NCBI GenBank assembly: GCA_963750165.1
Contig: CAVVPN010000003.1
Coordinates: 1,120,001 to 1,184,000 of the forward strand
Length of the DNA stretch: 64,000 bases
Direction of reading: 5' to 3'
Source of the DNA: an uncultured Gemmataceae bacterium
GTDB taxonomy: Bacteria; Planctomycetota; Planctomycetia; Gemmatales; Gemmataceae
In this document: positions 8,033-19,183 of the stretch, one piece after another
Position numbering within the stretch: the stretch's first letter is position 1
Layout of the letters: each line of letters begins with the position of its first letter
Made by a program: the position numbers and the translations under genes
The notes under the pieces: generated by a model
Told to the model about the DNA's origin: nothing
Seen by the model: the letters and a program-made list of their open reading frames with translations, nothing else
The model's database searches: none

Positions 8033-9745
8033 TTACTTCGGAATTCCGCGCATTGGCAGATCGACCTCGTCGCCGTAGACGCGCGTGCTCTCCTCGCGGA
8101 GCACCGGCTGGCTCAGGCCGTCGGCCCGCACGCGCGCCTGGAAGCGCAGGTCGCCCGCGGCCAGGCAGCGCACCTGCACACGATAGATCGCGTCGGCTCG
8201 CGGCGGCAGTTTCGGTAGCGGCGCGAACACCAGATCGCGGCCCTCCTGCTTCATCGCACAGCCGAATGCCCCCTTGACGCCGCGCAACTCCAGCCCCTCC
8301 GGCAAGGTGCAGGTCACCTGCAAGTTCGTCTCCGTCTTGGTGCCGGTGTTGGTGATGCGGATTTCATATGCGGTGTCCTTGCCCACCTCGACCGGGTCTT
8401 CCGTATCGACCAGTTCCATCAACAGGGCCGGCAGTCCCTCGACACGCATCACCAGCTCACCCTCGGCCTTGAGGCCGCGGGCCGCGGTCACCACGGCCTT
8501 GTGATGGTATTCGCCTGGGTTGATCGCCACGACTTCCAGGGCCACTTCCTTGGTCTCGCCCGCCGGCAGATCGCCGAGGAACCACACGACCGTGCGGCTC
8601 ACGAAGTCATGCCGGCCGCCGCCGCTGGCCGCCAGCACCTTGAAACCCAGCGGCACCTGCTCGGTCAGCGTCACATGGTTGGCCGTCGCCGAGCCGGGGT
8701 TGCTCACCTTGAAGTTGAGGATGGCGTGCCGCTCCAGGTAGCGCAGGGCCGGGCCGGTCACGGTCAGGTCCACACGCGGCGCCACGATGTCAATGGCTAC
8801 CGAGTCGCCGCAGGACAGCGCCGGCTCCGCGGAGGCCACGGCGGAACAGGTCTGCGAGCCGGTCGCCTTGGCGGCGCACAAGACCAGGACAGTGCGACTC
8901 TCACCGGGCCCGAGGTTGTCCAGGTTGAACTCGGCGGTCTGGCCGCGGCTGTACTCCAGGCCCTCGCTGAGCACGGCGCGAACCTTGACCTTCTCGGCGG
9001 CGGCGTCGCCGGGGTTGGTGATGATGAGCGTCACCGGCGCCGGGTCGCCGACCACCGACTGCTTGGGCGCCGCGGCCTTTATCACCAGCTGCGGCTCGCG
9101 CACCTCCAGCCGGGTCGTGGACGAGCCGGTGAAGCTGACGAACGCATGGCAGGCCAGACCGCCCTTGGTCGTGGGCACCACCTGCAAATCGATGCGTTTC
9201 TCCTGGCGCGGCTCCAGCGCGCCGAGGTGCCAGACGAGCAACTCGCCATCGGTGTCGGCCTTCGGTTCGGAGCCCTGGACACGGGCGCCGGCGGGCAGGC
9301 GGTTGTGGATGACGACGTTGTGCAGTCGATTGGTGCTCAGACTTTTGACGACGAGGGTGCAGGTGACCATCTGGTTGAGACGGCAGATGGCGGGGGTGAT
9401 CCACTCAAGGCTGACGCCCGGCTCCGTGCGGCCGGTGGGGTTGCCGTTGGTCGGGCCGGCGGACAGTTCCACGGCGATGTCGTTGATGCTCGGCTCGGTT
9501 TTGGGCACCGCCGGGGCGCCGGCCGACACTGGCGGCAGGCTCGGCGGGGCTTGTGGGGCCGCCCCGATGGGCGGCAGCTGCGGCGCGATGGGCAACTGCG
9601 CTGGCGGTTTGGGCACCGGCTGCACCACCGGGGGCACGATCGGTTGCAGCGGACTGGATTGTTGGCCCCAGGCCGCGACCCCGGTGCCCAGCAGCACACC
9701 GGCCAGGAGCAGCCCCTGGCCCAGTCTTCGACACGTCCGGTTCAT
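8033..9745 (-). CDS. DUF11 repeat (OmcB-like) exported protein
   Basis: Signal peptide, Pro-rich linker, repeated Ig-like units (LVWHLGALEP, ITNPGDA, VSNPGSA, DTEDPVEVG...YEIRITNTG), ending EESTRVY. Confidence 0.85.
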   Translation of the reverse strand: MNRTCRRLGQGLLLAGVLLGTGVAAWGQQSSPLQPIVPPVVQPVPKPPAQLPIAPQLPPIGAAPQAPPSLPPVSAGAPAVPKTEPSINDIAVELSAGPTNGNPTGRTEPGVSLEWITPAICRLNQMVTCTLVVKSLSTNRLHNVVIHNRLPAGARVQGSEPKADTDGELLVWHLGALEPRQEKRIDLQVVPTTKGGLACHAFVSFTGSSTTRLEVREPQLVIKAAAPKQSVVGDPAPVTLIITNPGDAAAEKVKVRAVLSEGLEYSRGQTAEFNLDNLGPGESRTVLVLCAAKATGSQTCSAVASAEPALSCGDSVAIDIVAPRVDLTVTGPALRYLERHAILNFKVSNPGSATANHVTLTEQVPLGFKVLAASGGGRHDFVSRTVVWFLGDLPAGETKEVALEVVAINPGEYHHKAVVTAARGLKAEGELVMRVEGLPALLMELVDTEDPVEVGKDTAYEIRITNTGTKTETNLQVTCTLPEGLELRGVKGAFGCAMKQEGRDLVFAPLPKLPPRADAIYRVQVRCLAAGDLRFQARVRADGLSQPVLREESTRVYGDEVDLPMRGIPK

Positions 9746-9902
9746 TGAATCCCCCTCGTTCTGGGCGTGGATTTCTCCCACCGGCCGCTTGCCGCCGTGG
9801 GTGATGATGGTTCCCCGATAATTCGCCGAGTGCGGGGGGCTATAACCATTCGCTGTTTTTCGATCAAGCCCGAAAGTGCCCGTGAGCGTTGCAGGAAATG
9901 AA

Positions 9903-9952
9903 CAGGCCCGCGGCGCCGGCAAGGGACAACCCTTGCCGGCACCGCGGGCCTG
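9903..9952 (-). terminator. Long GC hairpin downstream of the TIGR03067 gene
   Basis: CAGGCCCGCGGCGCCGGCAAGGG / CCCTTGCCGGCACCGCGGGCCTG. Confidence 0.55.
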
Positions 9953-9979
9953 CCGCTTGCGGCGTAGCGTTCTGCCGCG

Positions 9980-12900
9980 TCACTTCTTGTCAGACTTTTT
10001 CGGCTCGGACTTCTTCTTCTCCTGCTTCAGCTTGCTGTCGTCCAGCACCTCCAGGCCAGCGATGGTGATCCAGCCGCGGAACTCCGCCGGGTTGGGGTCC
10101 GCGGGCATGCTGCGCACCGAACCGTCCGCCATCGCCACGTGGAAGCGGTCGAGGAACGGCCGGCCGCCCAGCTTCGGCAGTGGCCCCTTCGGGTTGAAGG
10201 CGAAGTCGTCCGGCTTCGTCCACGGCACCTGCTCGTCGGCCTCGACCACCAGGACCGTGTTGGAGGTGCCGTCCTTGAAGTCCGGGATCCTGACATCCTT
10301 CTTGAAGCCCGGGAACGCCGTGCCCGGCCCGGTGAAGACGCGGTACGGCGTCATGGTCTTGCGCTCGTTGCCGCTGGTGTACGGCGTGTAGGCGCGCGGC
10401 ATCTGAGCGATGAGCTTCTTGTTGTGCGGGCTGTCCCACGGCTCGTCCCGCTTGAACTGCTGGTACAGGTTGGCCTGTTCGAGGAACGGCAACAGTTCGA
10501 CGCGCCAGCTCAGCAGCGGCTTACCGTCCTTGCTGTAGATGGCGGCGCCCGGCAACTTCTTGTACGTGCTGAGGTAGTTGTGCATGGCGATGGCGATCTG
10601 CTTGAGGTTGTTCATGCTGACCTGCGCGTTGGCGGCGAAGGCGTCGGGCCGCTCGCCCTTGGCCCGCTCCAGCACCAGCAGCCCCGCTGACGTATCGGCC
10701 GTTTTGAACTCCTTCGGCCGGCCGACGCCCTTGCCTGGCTTCAGCGCGCAGATGGTCAGCTTGTCGCCCTCCAGACGATAGATCGCCTGCAGCGTCTCGC
10801 CCTTCAGCGTGATGTCCAGGTGCGGCGGCTGCTTGCTGGTGTCCAGCTTGAAGGTGCCCTCCTCCAGATCGTCCAGGCCGCCCGGCACCACCCGCACCTT
10901 GTCTTTCAAAAAGATCAGTCGCAGCGCGGACAACTCGCCGGCGTCCTGTTTCTTACCGCTCACCTCATGGCCGACCGGCTTCCACACGCCCTGGAGCAAC
11001 TCGCGGTCGGTCTGCTTGCCGCCGGCGAGGTTCTGGTCCTCGCAGCAGGCTCCGAAGTCCGCCGGGCTGAACTTCGCCGCCCCGTCCTTCCTGGACTCCT
11101 TCTTTTCTTCCTTCTTCTCAGCCTTGCCGCGCTTGAGGACGATGAGCACGTTGTCCGTGCCCGCGGCCGCCTTGAAGTCCCTGGGCCGCCCGTCCTTATC
11201 CGGGTCCTTCAGGCACAGTTTGAGGGTGTCGCCGGTCAGTTCGTAGATGCCCTTGACGTTCTTGCCGTCCAGCGTCAGTTCGATCTCCTTGGGCTTGGTT
11301 TTGGGGTTGAGCTTGAACTCCCCCTCCTTGTTCATGTCCATGATAGTCAGGGTCAACTTGTTGCCCTTGATGGCCAGTTTGATGGACTCCAGGATGTCCG
11401 CGGAAAGCTTCAGGCCGTCCTTCTCCAGATCGGTGACCTTCCAGGCGCCGGCCATCTTCTCCAGGTCCGACTTGCCCACGGCGCCCTGCGCGGGGGCCAC
11501 GAAGGCCACGGAGTAGTCGTCGTCGCACTTGGCCTTGGCGCGCTTCATGACGATCATCATGCAGCCGGAGCCGGCGCCCGCCTTGAATTCCTTCGTGTCA
11601 CCGCCCTGTTCGGGATCCTTGACGCAGATTTTGAGCGTGTCGCCGGTCAGTTCGTAGACGCCCTTGCCGGTCTTGCCGTCGAACGTCACTTCAATCGATT
11701 TGGGCTTGGTGGTGGGGTTGAGCTTGTAGTCGGCGTCCTTGTCCATGCCCATGATGCTCATGACCATCTTGTCACCCTTGAAGGTGATCTTGAAGCTGTC
11801 CAGGAATTCCTTCGGGGCCTTCTCGCCATCCTTCTCGCCCTCGACGACCTTCCACGGCCCCTGGAGCAGTTCCTTGTCCGACTTGCCGCCGGCGCCCTGG
11901 GCCAGGAACGCCACGGAGAAGTCGTCGTCGCACTTGGCCTTGGTGCGCTTGAGAACCATCAGAATGTTGTTGGTGCCTTCCCCAGCCTTGAAGTCGGTGG
12001 GCCGTCCGTCCTTGCCCGGCTCGCGGAAACAAATTTTGAACGTGTCGCCGGTCAACTCGTAAATGCCCTGGCCGGTCTTGCCGTCCATCGTTATCTGCAG
12101 CGATTTGGGCTTGGTCTTGGGGTCGAGCTTGATCTCGCCTTCCTTGGCCATGCCCATGAGCTCCAGGGTCAGCTTTTCGCCCTTGACGGTGAACTTGACG
12201 CCGTCCAGGATGTCCTGCGGCGGCTTCTCGCCGTTGTGCTCGGCTTCGGCGACCTTCCACGCGCCGGCGATTTTTTCCGTGTCGGACTTACCCTGGGCCA
12301 TGAACGCCACGGAGAAGTCGTCGTCGCACTTGGCCTTGGTGCGCTTGAGGACGATCAGGACGTTGTTGGTGCCTTCCCCGGCCTTGAAGTCGGCGGGCCG
12401 GCCCTCCTTGCCCGCCTCGCGCAAGCAAATCTTGAGCGTGTCGCCGGTCAGCTCGTAGATGCCCTGGCTGGTTTTGCCCTCCGCCGTAAACTGTAGCGAT
12501 TTGGGCCTGGTCTTCGGGTCGAGTTTGATCTCGGCTTCCTTGACCTTGCCCATGAAATCCAGGGTCAGCTTTTCGCCCTTGATGGTGGCCTTGAGGTTGT
12601 CCACGATCTCCTGTGGCAGCTTCTTGCCCTTGCTCTCGATTTCAGTGATCGTCCACGCGCCGGCGATTTTTTCCGTGTCGGACTTACCCTGAGCGTTGAG
12701 GAAGCTCACGGCGCCCTTGGGGACGGTGGACTGCTTTTCCTTCGGCGCCGGCCTGGCGCTGGAAGGTGACGAGCATGATCTCGGAGTTGGCCGGCGACTC
12801 GAATTTTTTGGGCCGCGGTTCGCCGGGCGAGGCCAGGCACACCTGAATCTGGTCCGCCTTGAGCACCTGGTAAATGCCCTGCATCGTCTTGTCGTCCAGC

Positions 12901-13190
12901 GTCAGGTCGATGGTCTTGGGGTTCCTGGTCTCGTCGAGCTTGACAGTGCCTTGCTTGACATCGCCCAGGAACGCCAACTTGACCTTGTCGCCCTGGAACT
13001 GGGCCTTGATGGTCTTGACGATTTCGTCGGGGACCTTGTCGCCGCCCTTCTCGGCGGCCACCACGATCCAGTCGCCCTGGAACTTTCTCTGGTCGTTATT
13101 GCCGGCCCCCTGGGTGAGGCCGGACCTGGCCAGCAGCAGCAGCGCGGCCGCCAACAAGGTGGCGCGGCGCGTCCATTGGGTTCCCGCCAT
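9980..13190 (-). CDS. Six TIGR03067 domains fused to a C-terminal DUF1559 domain (one frameshift near 12700-12760)
   Basis: Six D..K..G.W....E..G...KLDP...PK.......GIYEL.GDTLKIC units; SMNNLKQIAIAMHNY, LSWRVELLPFLEQ, DGTSNT, VPWTKPDD and HVAMADGSV mark DUF1559; N-terminal signal peptide in the 12684..13463 frame. Confidence 0.85.
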
Positions 13191-13388
13191 GATTCGCTCT
13201 CCTTGAACTGAGACTTCGCTGGGGCGAACGAGCCCGGGCCCACGATGCGCCGGCGACGTGGCGCTGGTTGGGGAGAAAGAAACCCGGAGCCCCTGACGTA
13301 TTTCGCTCCGCACGCCGGTTTCTGGCGCCCAGCGCTGCCAATTACTATACCGGCCGGGGGGAAGGGGGGAAGGGAGTTCGGCGAAACA

Positions 13389-13432
13389 GAGCCCGAGCGC
13401 CAGCGCGGGGCCCCGCGCTGTCGCTCGGGCTC
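13389..13432. repeat. Family B palindrome
   Basis: GAGCCCGAGCGCCAGCGCGGGGCCCCGCGCTGTCGCTCGGGCTC. Confidence 0.9.
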
Positions 13433-13449
13433 CGACCAAGCGCTCGCGG

Positions 13450-14862
13450 TCAGCGCGGTCCACCGGGGCCGCCCGGCCCTGGCGGCGGCCCGAGGTTCAG
13501 CGCCACCGCCCGCCGGAACTCAACGCGCGCCACACGCCAGCGCTGCGGGTCGTTCGCGGCCGCCTCGGCCGTCGGAGGCGCTTCCAGGGTGATCGCGGCC
13601 ATCACGATGAACGGCACCGCATGCTTCCGCGACTGGCCGGTCTGGCTGATCGCCAGTGCGAACTCGAACTGGTGGGTGACGCTCACTGGGCCGGGCGGCG
13701 TCCCCGTCACGGCGGACAACAATGCCTCCTCGGGGCGGACCTCGATGGGTTTCTGGCCCTGGATCGGCTGGACCACGAATTTGGCCAGCGCGTCCAGCAC
13801 CGGTCTGCGGTTGCGCGGGTCGATGGTGCGCAAGGCGTCGGTGTGGAACACGCCCCCGGCGGCCATGAAGGCCTTCAGCTGCTCGCTGGTCGGGGCGTCC
13901 CACGCGCCGGGGCGGCGCAGCTGGGCCCGCTGCTTGAGCGGCAGCGTGTCCAGGAACGCCGCCTTGCTTTGGGACGTGAACAGTTTGACGAACCACTCGT
14001 TGGCGAACCGCGCCGACTCCTCGCGCAGAGCCTTGAGTTTCCGGCCCTCGTCGGTCAACTGCAGCTGAGAGATGCCCTGGCGCGGCGACCAGACCAGATA
14101 CCACTTGCGGCCTTCGCCCTCGGGGCTGTTGACGCTCTGCGTGGTCAGCAGCACTTCAAAACTGCCCTCGTCAGTGCTGATGCGGTAGAAGCGCTCGACC
14201 TTGTAGCCCTGGTTCTCGTAGGTCCAGTTGCGCACCGCGAGCGGTTCGATGGTGGCCTTGTCGCCGGCGGCGGCCAGGCGGCGGACGAGCGGGTCGGCGT
14301 GGAACTGCGTCAGCAGGCCGCGCGGCTCGCGGTCGTTGCCGCCGAGGTCGAACTGCTGTTCCATGGCCTCCGGGTTGTTGGGCTGGGCACCGCGACGGTG
14401 CTGCAGCGGCAGCGTCAGCAGGAAAGCGCCGTTGATGTCGCCGGCCTGCAACCGGGCCAGGTAGCCGGAGTCGGGGCCCTTGTCGAGCAGGAAGGCGTTG
14501 GACTGCTGCGCCACGGCCAGGTAGGTGACAAAGTAAAAGGTGGCGTAGCCCAGCCCGAACACCAGGCTGAGCCCGAGGCCCCACTGCGTCAGGCCCATGC
14601 CAGCGCGGGTGTCCTCGGAGCGGAGGATGTGCCAGCGGCCCAGCACTGCCAGGCCGACGCCCGCGGCCGGCAACAGCAGTAGCCACAACGGCAGCAGGAA
14701 CGGCTCGCCACGCCACACCGCCGCCACCGCACACACCAGAATCACCAGCGCGAACAGGCCGCCGACCACCACGCTGGCGACGGCCACGCCCGACAGTGGG
14801 CGGTACACGAAGTCCTGCCGCGGCGGCTCCTGCGGCAGCGGTTGCGTTGTCGGCTCAGCCAT
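13450..14862 (-). CDS. Hypothetical membrane protein (DUF4190-like N-terminal helices plus large soluble domain)
   Basis: YRPLSGVAVAS..., three hydrophobic helices, I.RSE.TRAG.GL..WGLGLS. Confidence 0.65.
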   Translation of the reverse strand: MAEPTTQPLPQEPPRQDFVYRPLSGVAVASVVVGGLFALVILVCAVAAVWRGEPFLLPLWLLLLPAAGVGLAVLGRWHILRSEDTRAGMGLTQWGLGLSLVFGLGYATFYFVTYLAVAQQSNAFLLDKGPDSGYLARLQAGDINGAFLLTLPLQHRRGAQPNNPEAMEQQFDLGGNDREPRGLLTQFHADPLVRRLAAAGDKATIEPLAVRNWTYENQGYKVERFYRISTDEGSFEVLLTTQSVNSPEGEGRKWYLVWSPRQGISQLQLTDEGRKLKALREESARFANEWFVKLFTSQSKAAFLDTLPLKQRAQLRRPGAWDAPTSEQLKAFMAAGGVFHTDALRTIDPRNRRPVLDALAKFVVQPIQGQKPIEVRPEEALLSAVTGTPPGPVSVTHQFEFALAISQTGQSRKHAVPFIVMAAITLEAPPTAEAAANDPQRWRVARVEFRRAVALNLGPPPGPGGPGGPR

Positions 14863-14881
14863 GCTGCACCCCAAGGGAAGA

Positions 14882-14968
14882 ATTGCAAATTGCCGATTGC
14901 AACTTCAAATTGACAGACCGGAACCTTGCTGTCTGTCAATTTGCAAGTTGCAATCGGCAATTTGCAAT
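14882..14968. repeat. Heptamer-periodic long inverted repeat (ATTGCAA/ATTGCCG units)
   Basis: Arms 14882-14918 and 14931-14968, with one indel. Confidence 0.9.
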
Positions 14969-14973
14969 GGGTT

Positions 14974-15258
14974 TTAGTCTTCGCCGCCGCCGGCGTCCGA
15001 AATATCCGTCGCCATGGCGCGGCGCATCGCCTCGTTGGCGCTGGTGCCGCGCGCCTGCACCTGGTTGTTGGCGTCGAGGTAAATCTTGTCCTGCAAAATC
15101 TCCTGCACGACGATCGCCATCTTGTCGGCGCCACGCACGTCCACCAGCGGCTTGGCCCCGGTGTTCAGCGCCACCATGCGCTTCTGAATCAGCGTGGACA
15201 GCTTGAACCGGCCGCCCACCTTGTTGACGATCGCTTCTTCTTTCAAATCATCCAGCAT
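14974..15258 (-). CDS. rpoZ: RNA polymerase omega subunit
   Basis: [27 protein letters not shown]; directly after gmk. Confidence 0.9.
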   Translation of the reverse strand: MLDDLKEEAIVNKVGGRFKLSTLIQKRMVALNTGAKPLVDVRGADKMAIVVQEILQDKIYLDANNQVQARGTSANEAMRRAMATDISDAGGGED

Positions 15259-15839
15259 TAGCCCTTGCTCCTTTCCGTTTCGCGCTGCACAATGGCCCGG
15301 AACTCCGCCTGGGCGACGGTCAAATCCTCGTTGACGACTTGATATTGATACCTGTCGATGTGCTCCAACTCGCGGCGGGCGCCGGCGACACGGCGGGCGA
15401 TGGCCTCCTCGGTCTCGGTGCCGCGCGCCCGCAGCCGTCGCTCCAGTTCGTCCAGCGTCGCGGTGCGGATGAAGACGCCGACCGCGTCCGGGCACAGTTG
15501 CCACACGCGGATCGCCCCCTGCGTGTCCACGTCCAGCAGCACACACACGCCGCGGGCCCGGAACGGCTCCACCTCGCTGCGGAGCGTGCCGTAATAGTTG
15601 CCGTACACCTCCGCCCACTCCAGGAACTCGCCCGCCGCCAATGCCGCCTCGAAGCGCGGCCGCTCCCAGAAGTGGTAATGCACGCCGTCCTGTTCGTTGG
15701 GTCGCCGGCCGCGCGTCGTCGCCGACACTGACAGGCGTAGGTCCACCGGTGGGTCGGCGAGCAGCCCGGCGATCAACGTCGATTTGCCGCTGCCGCTCGG
15801 CCCGGACACGATCACCAACGGCCCGGAGGGAGAGGTCAT
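15258..15839 (-). CDS. gmk: Guanylate kinase
   Basis: [38 protein letters not shown]. Confidence 0.96.
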   Translation of the reverse strand: MTSPSGPLVIVSGPSGSGKSTLIAGLLADPPVDLRLSVSATTRGRRPNEQDGVHYHFWERPRFEAALAAGEFLEWAEVYGNYYGTLRSEVEPFRARGVCVLLDVDTQGAIRVWQLCPDAVGVFIRTATLDELERRLRARGTETEEAIARRVAGARRELEHIDRYQYQVVNEDLTVAQAEFRAIVQRETERSKG

Positions 15840-16726
15840 TCCACGTTCTGCACCAGTTCGCGAATCTTTTCCAGCGCCGCCTTGATCTCGACCACCTCGC
15901 GCGAGATGTCCACGTCGCTGGCCTTGGAGCCAATGGTGTTGGCCTCGCGCGACATCTCCTGCGTCAAGAACTCCAGCTTGCGGCCGGGGCTCTCGGGCTC
16001 GTTGACGATCTCCTTGAACTGATCCAAATGGCTTGCCAGCCGCACCACCTCCTCGGCGATGTCGCTGCGCTCCGTGAAGATGGACACTTCCTTGATGAGG
16101 TCGTTACGATCAATTTGCACGTCCAGTTCGCCCAGGGTGGCGCGGACGCGCTCCAGCAGCCGTTCGCGGTAGGCCGTCGCCACCTGGGGAATGCGGCCGC
16201 GAATCTTCTCCAGGTGGCTGGCAACGGCGTCGCGCAGGTTCAGCAGCTCCTGCGCCATGGCCCGGCCCTCCTCCTGGCGCATGGCCTGCAACCGCTCCAG
16301 CGCCTGCGCCAGCACCTTCTCCAGCAGCGGCCAGTCCTCGTGCAGATCGACACCGGGGCCGCCAGCCTCGGGCACAACGCCCGGCAGCGCCAGCACCTGA
16401 CCGAGCAGCAGATCGCCACGGTCGCGCAGACCGAGTTGCTCGGCGACGCCGCGCAACTGGGTGACGTAGCTCTCCAGGGCGGCGCGGTTGATGCGGTAGT
16501 CCTGGGGGCTGCCCTGCCGATCCAGGCGCAGGTGAACCTGCAGCGTGCCGCGCTTGACCACCCGGCGAACGACCTTCTCGAACTCCGGCTCCAGCAGGTG
16601 ATAGGGGTCGGCTGCCCGCAAGGTGACTTTCAGATAGCGGTTGTTGACGGCCCGCAACTCCATCGACACCTGCAGGGTGTCGCTCTGGAAGCGGGCCTCA
16701 CCGTAACCCGTCATGCTCAGCAGCAC
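15836..16726 (-). CDS. yicC: YicC/YloC family endoribonuclease
   Basis: [51 protein letters not shown]. Confidence 0.95.
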   Translation of the reverse strand: MLLSMTGYGEARFQSDTLQVSMELRAVNNRYLKVTLRAADPYHLLEPEFEKVVRRVVKRGTLQVHLRLDRQGSPQDYRINRAALESYVTQLRGVAEQLGLRDRGDLLLGQVLALPGVVPEAGGPGVDLHEDWPLLEKVLAQALERLQAMRQEEGRAMAQELLNLRDAVASHLEKIRGRIPQVATAYRERLLERVRATLGELDVQIDRNDLIKEVSIFTERSDIAEEVVRLASHLDQFKEIVNEPESPGRKLEFLTQEMSREANTIGSKASDVDISREVVEIKAALEKIRELVQNVE

Positions 16727-16794
16727 GCGGTCATCCTCATTTCTTCAAGTTGCGACGTGGACGGTTTTTCCGGCGAGCCGGGCCAGGAGCGGGG

Positions 16795-17086
16795 TCACTC
16801 GCGGACGCTCTTGCCGAGGGTCCCCTGCGGATTCTGCAGGGCGGCTTCCTGAATGGAGCGCACCTGCAACATCGTCAGCAGCAGCCAAATGGCCGCGACG
16901 TAGATGGTGATGCGTGTGAAGGTGTCGCCGGCGCGAGCCGAACGGACTGGAGCCGCCCACGCCGCTGAGGGCGCCGACCAGGCCGCCACCCTTGCCGCGC
17001 TGAATGAGGATCAGCAGGATCAGGAATAACCCCAGCACAAGGAGGATGAAGTTCAGGAACGGAGGCAGGATTGACCAGAATGTCAC
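16795..17086 (-). CDS. secG: Preprotein translocase subunit SecG (frameshift near 16930)
   Basis: LILLILIQRGKGGGLVGALSGVGGSSPFGSR continues as AGDTFTRITIYVAAIW in a shifted frame. Confidence 0.85.
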
Positions 17087-17267
17087 AGCGTTTCCCTCGC
17101 AAACGTGCCACAAAACCGCCCGGGGCCATCAAACCGGCATTATAGGACTCCCAGGCAAACGTGAAAAGACGACTTCGGTTTTTCGCGCGCACCATGAGCG
17201 GGGTTGCGTCAGCGCCCGTGGACGCGCACGGGGCGCTGACGCGACCCCGCTCTTATTGGACGCGCGA

Positions 17268-18089
17268 TTACCAGCGACTCGCCAGGGCTTCGCGCTTGTC
17301 CGGGAAATGCGGGATGTGGTTGCGCAGACGGAGGGTGCCGAGGATGTCGTGCAGCTCGGGACGGACGCGGCACAGCGCCATGGTGCTGCCCCAGGGTTTC
17401 AGCCAGGAAAATAGCTCGTCGATCATGGCCACTGCGGTGGTGGACAGGCGGCGCACGTTTTTGCAGTCGAGCAGCACGCGCAGGTTGGGCTTGCTCAGGG
17501 TCTCGCGCAGTTCCTTGCTGACCAGGGCGATTTCCGCCTCCTCAACGAGATACACGTCGTTGATGCGGATGATGGTGATGTCGCCCTCACTGCCGATGCG
17601 CAGCCGGCCCTGAACGATGCCGCGCTTGGCTTGCAGGCAGTCGAAGATGGCGGCCGCGGCCTTGGCGGCGTTGTGGGACTGGTAGCTCGGGTGCTGGAAG
17701 TCCGACGGTGGTTCGCTGGTGTCCTGCTCGGCGTTGTGATCGAGGCAGCGCAGCGCCCACTCCTCCGGGTCGCGCTGCGACAGCGCTTTCTCGCGGAACT
17801 GGACAATGAACGCCATGCGGCCGATTTCCAGGAGATCGCCGGCGTGCAGCGGCCACTCCTCGCCGGGCGGCACCAGCGCGCCGTTCAGCAGCGTCGGGAA
17901 GTTGCTGCCCAGGTCGCGGATGAACAGCTTGCGTTGACGGCGGACGATGGCGCACTGCTGGCCGCCGATGCTCTTTTGCTTGGCGCGCAGCTGGCACACC
18001 TTGGCCGAGCCAATCATGAACAGATCGACAGTGATGGGAATGGGCAGCCCCTGTTTTCTGCCCCTGGCAACGATGAGGTAGAACTTCAT
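17268..18089 (-). CDS. FHA domain plus STAS (anti-anti-sigma-like) protein
   Basis: FMIGS...CQLR...IRDLGS...TLLNG...LHAGDLLEIG; C-terminal RVLLDCKNVRRLSTTA...MALCRVRPEL..IL..LRL. Confidence 0.8.
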   Translation of the reverse strand: MKFYLIVARGRKQGLPIPITVDLFMIGSAKVCQLRAKQKSIGGQQCAIVRRQRKLFIRDLGSNFPTLLNGALVPPGEEWPLHAGDLLEIGRMAFIVQFREKALSQRDPEEWALRCLDHNAEQDTSEPPSDFQHPSYQSHNAAKAAAAIFDCLQAKRGIVQGRLRIGSEGDITIIRINDVYLVEEAEIALVSKELRETLSKPNLRVLLDCKNVRRLSTTAVAMIDELFSWLKPWGSTMALCRVRPELHDILGTLRLRNHIPHFPDKREALASRW

Positions 18090-18253
18090 GGCGCCGTTCC
18101 CTTGATTGTCCATCGAAGTCGGTCGGCGCCGTGCGGGCAGGCCTTGCGAGAAGGCCGTTCACCGACTCGTACGGGGTAAAGTCGATGGCGCAATCCGAGC
18201 CCTTGATCTTCCCTAATGGTAACCCCACATCGTCGTGGAAGCAAGCAACGTCA

Positions 18254-19054
18254 TCATTTTCGTAGCAATTCCCGTTCCTGCGCGCACGCCAACTGGAGTA
18301 AACGTTGCTCGGCGGGCGTCAGGTACGCAAAGGGGGCGGCAGCCTGAGCAGTCCGCAGCCAGCGCAGCGCCGGCTGGCGCTGGCCGAGGCGCGACCAGAC
18401 GCTATGCAGATACCAGCACGGCCGGGCCTCTTCCGGCCGCTGCCGCCGCGCCAGGGCCAGTTCGCCGGCCGCCTTGCACAGCAGCGCCTCCACCGACAGT
18501 TCGCCGTGCGGGTCGGCGCGTGTGGCGCGCTGCAGCGCCAGCCAGTACAGGCCGATGCCGCGGTGCAGGTGCCGGCCGTACTCGTCGCCGGCGGCCTCGG
18601 CGATGTCCATCAACCGGCTATGGGCCTGGACCAACTCCGTCAATCCGGGCTCGGCCTGCTCCTGCACCGCCGTCAGGTAGCATTCGTACTGAGCGCGGGC
18701 GTCCTTGAGGCGCTCCAGGCGCAGCAGCAGTTCGGCGTAGTGAGCGCGGACGCTGAGGTGGTCGGGATGGGCCGCGACGTACCTGGCAAGTTGTTCACAA
18801 GCGCGGGCGTCATCGCCTTGTTCGAGCAGGGCGGCGGCCAAACTAAGGTGGTTGCGGGTCAGGGCGGGGTCGGCGGCAAGGCTTTTTTCGTAGAAGCCGA
18901 TGGCCCGGTCGGCGCGGCCCTGCTTCATGGCCTCCTGGCCCTGGTCCCAGAGCCGTTCGGCCTCCTGCGGATCGGCGTCCAGCTCCAGGCCCACCAGGGA
19001 GTGACAGCCCAGGCACAGCATCCAGGGCAGCAACCAGAGACGGCACCGGCGCAT
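18254..19054 (-). CDS. Tetratricopeptide-repeat lipoprotein
   Basis: CLGC lipobox; TPR helices AIGFYEKSLAADP and HYAELLLRL. Confidence 0.8.
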   Translation of the reverse strand: MRRCRLWLLPWMLCLGCHSLVGLELDADPQEAERLWDQGQEAMKQGRADRAIGFYEKSLAADPALTRNHLSLAAALLEQGDDARACEQLARYVAAHPDHLSVRAHYAELLLRLERLKDARAQYECYLTAVQEQAEPGLTELVQAHSRLMDIAEAAGDEYGRHLHRGIGLYWLALQRATRADPHGELSVEALLCKAAGELALARRQRPEEARPCWYLHSVWSRLGQRQPALRWLRTAQAAAPFAYLTPAEQRLLQLACAQERELLRK

Positions 19055-19133
19055 GGCGCGACCTCGACGCAAGGGGGGGACGGGTCTTGCTCTGGTTATC
19101 GCCCTTGCGACCGGCAGCGGTTCAGTGAAAGAA

Positions 19134-19181
19134 AAGTCAGAAGTCAGAAGTCAGTTTGTGCGTTTCTGACTTCTGACTTCT
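19134..19181. repeat. Heptamer inverted repeat (AAGTCAG)n / (CTGACTT)n
   Basis: AAGTCAGAAGTCAGAAGTCAG...CTGACTTCTGACTTCT, right after the sigma-factor stop. Confidence 0.85.
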
Positions 19182-19183
19182 GG

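Noticed and set aside
11500..12700. DGR template/variable repeat pair among TIGR03067 repeats
   Set aside because: Both copies are in-frame coding domains, differences are not adenine-specific, and no reverse transcriptase is present
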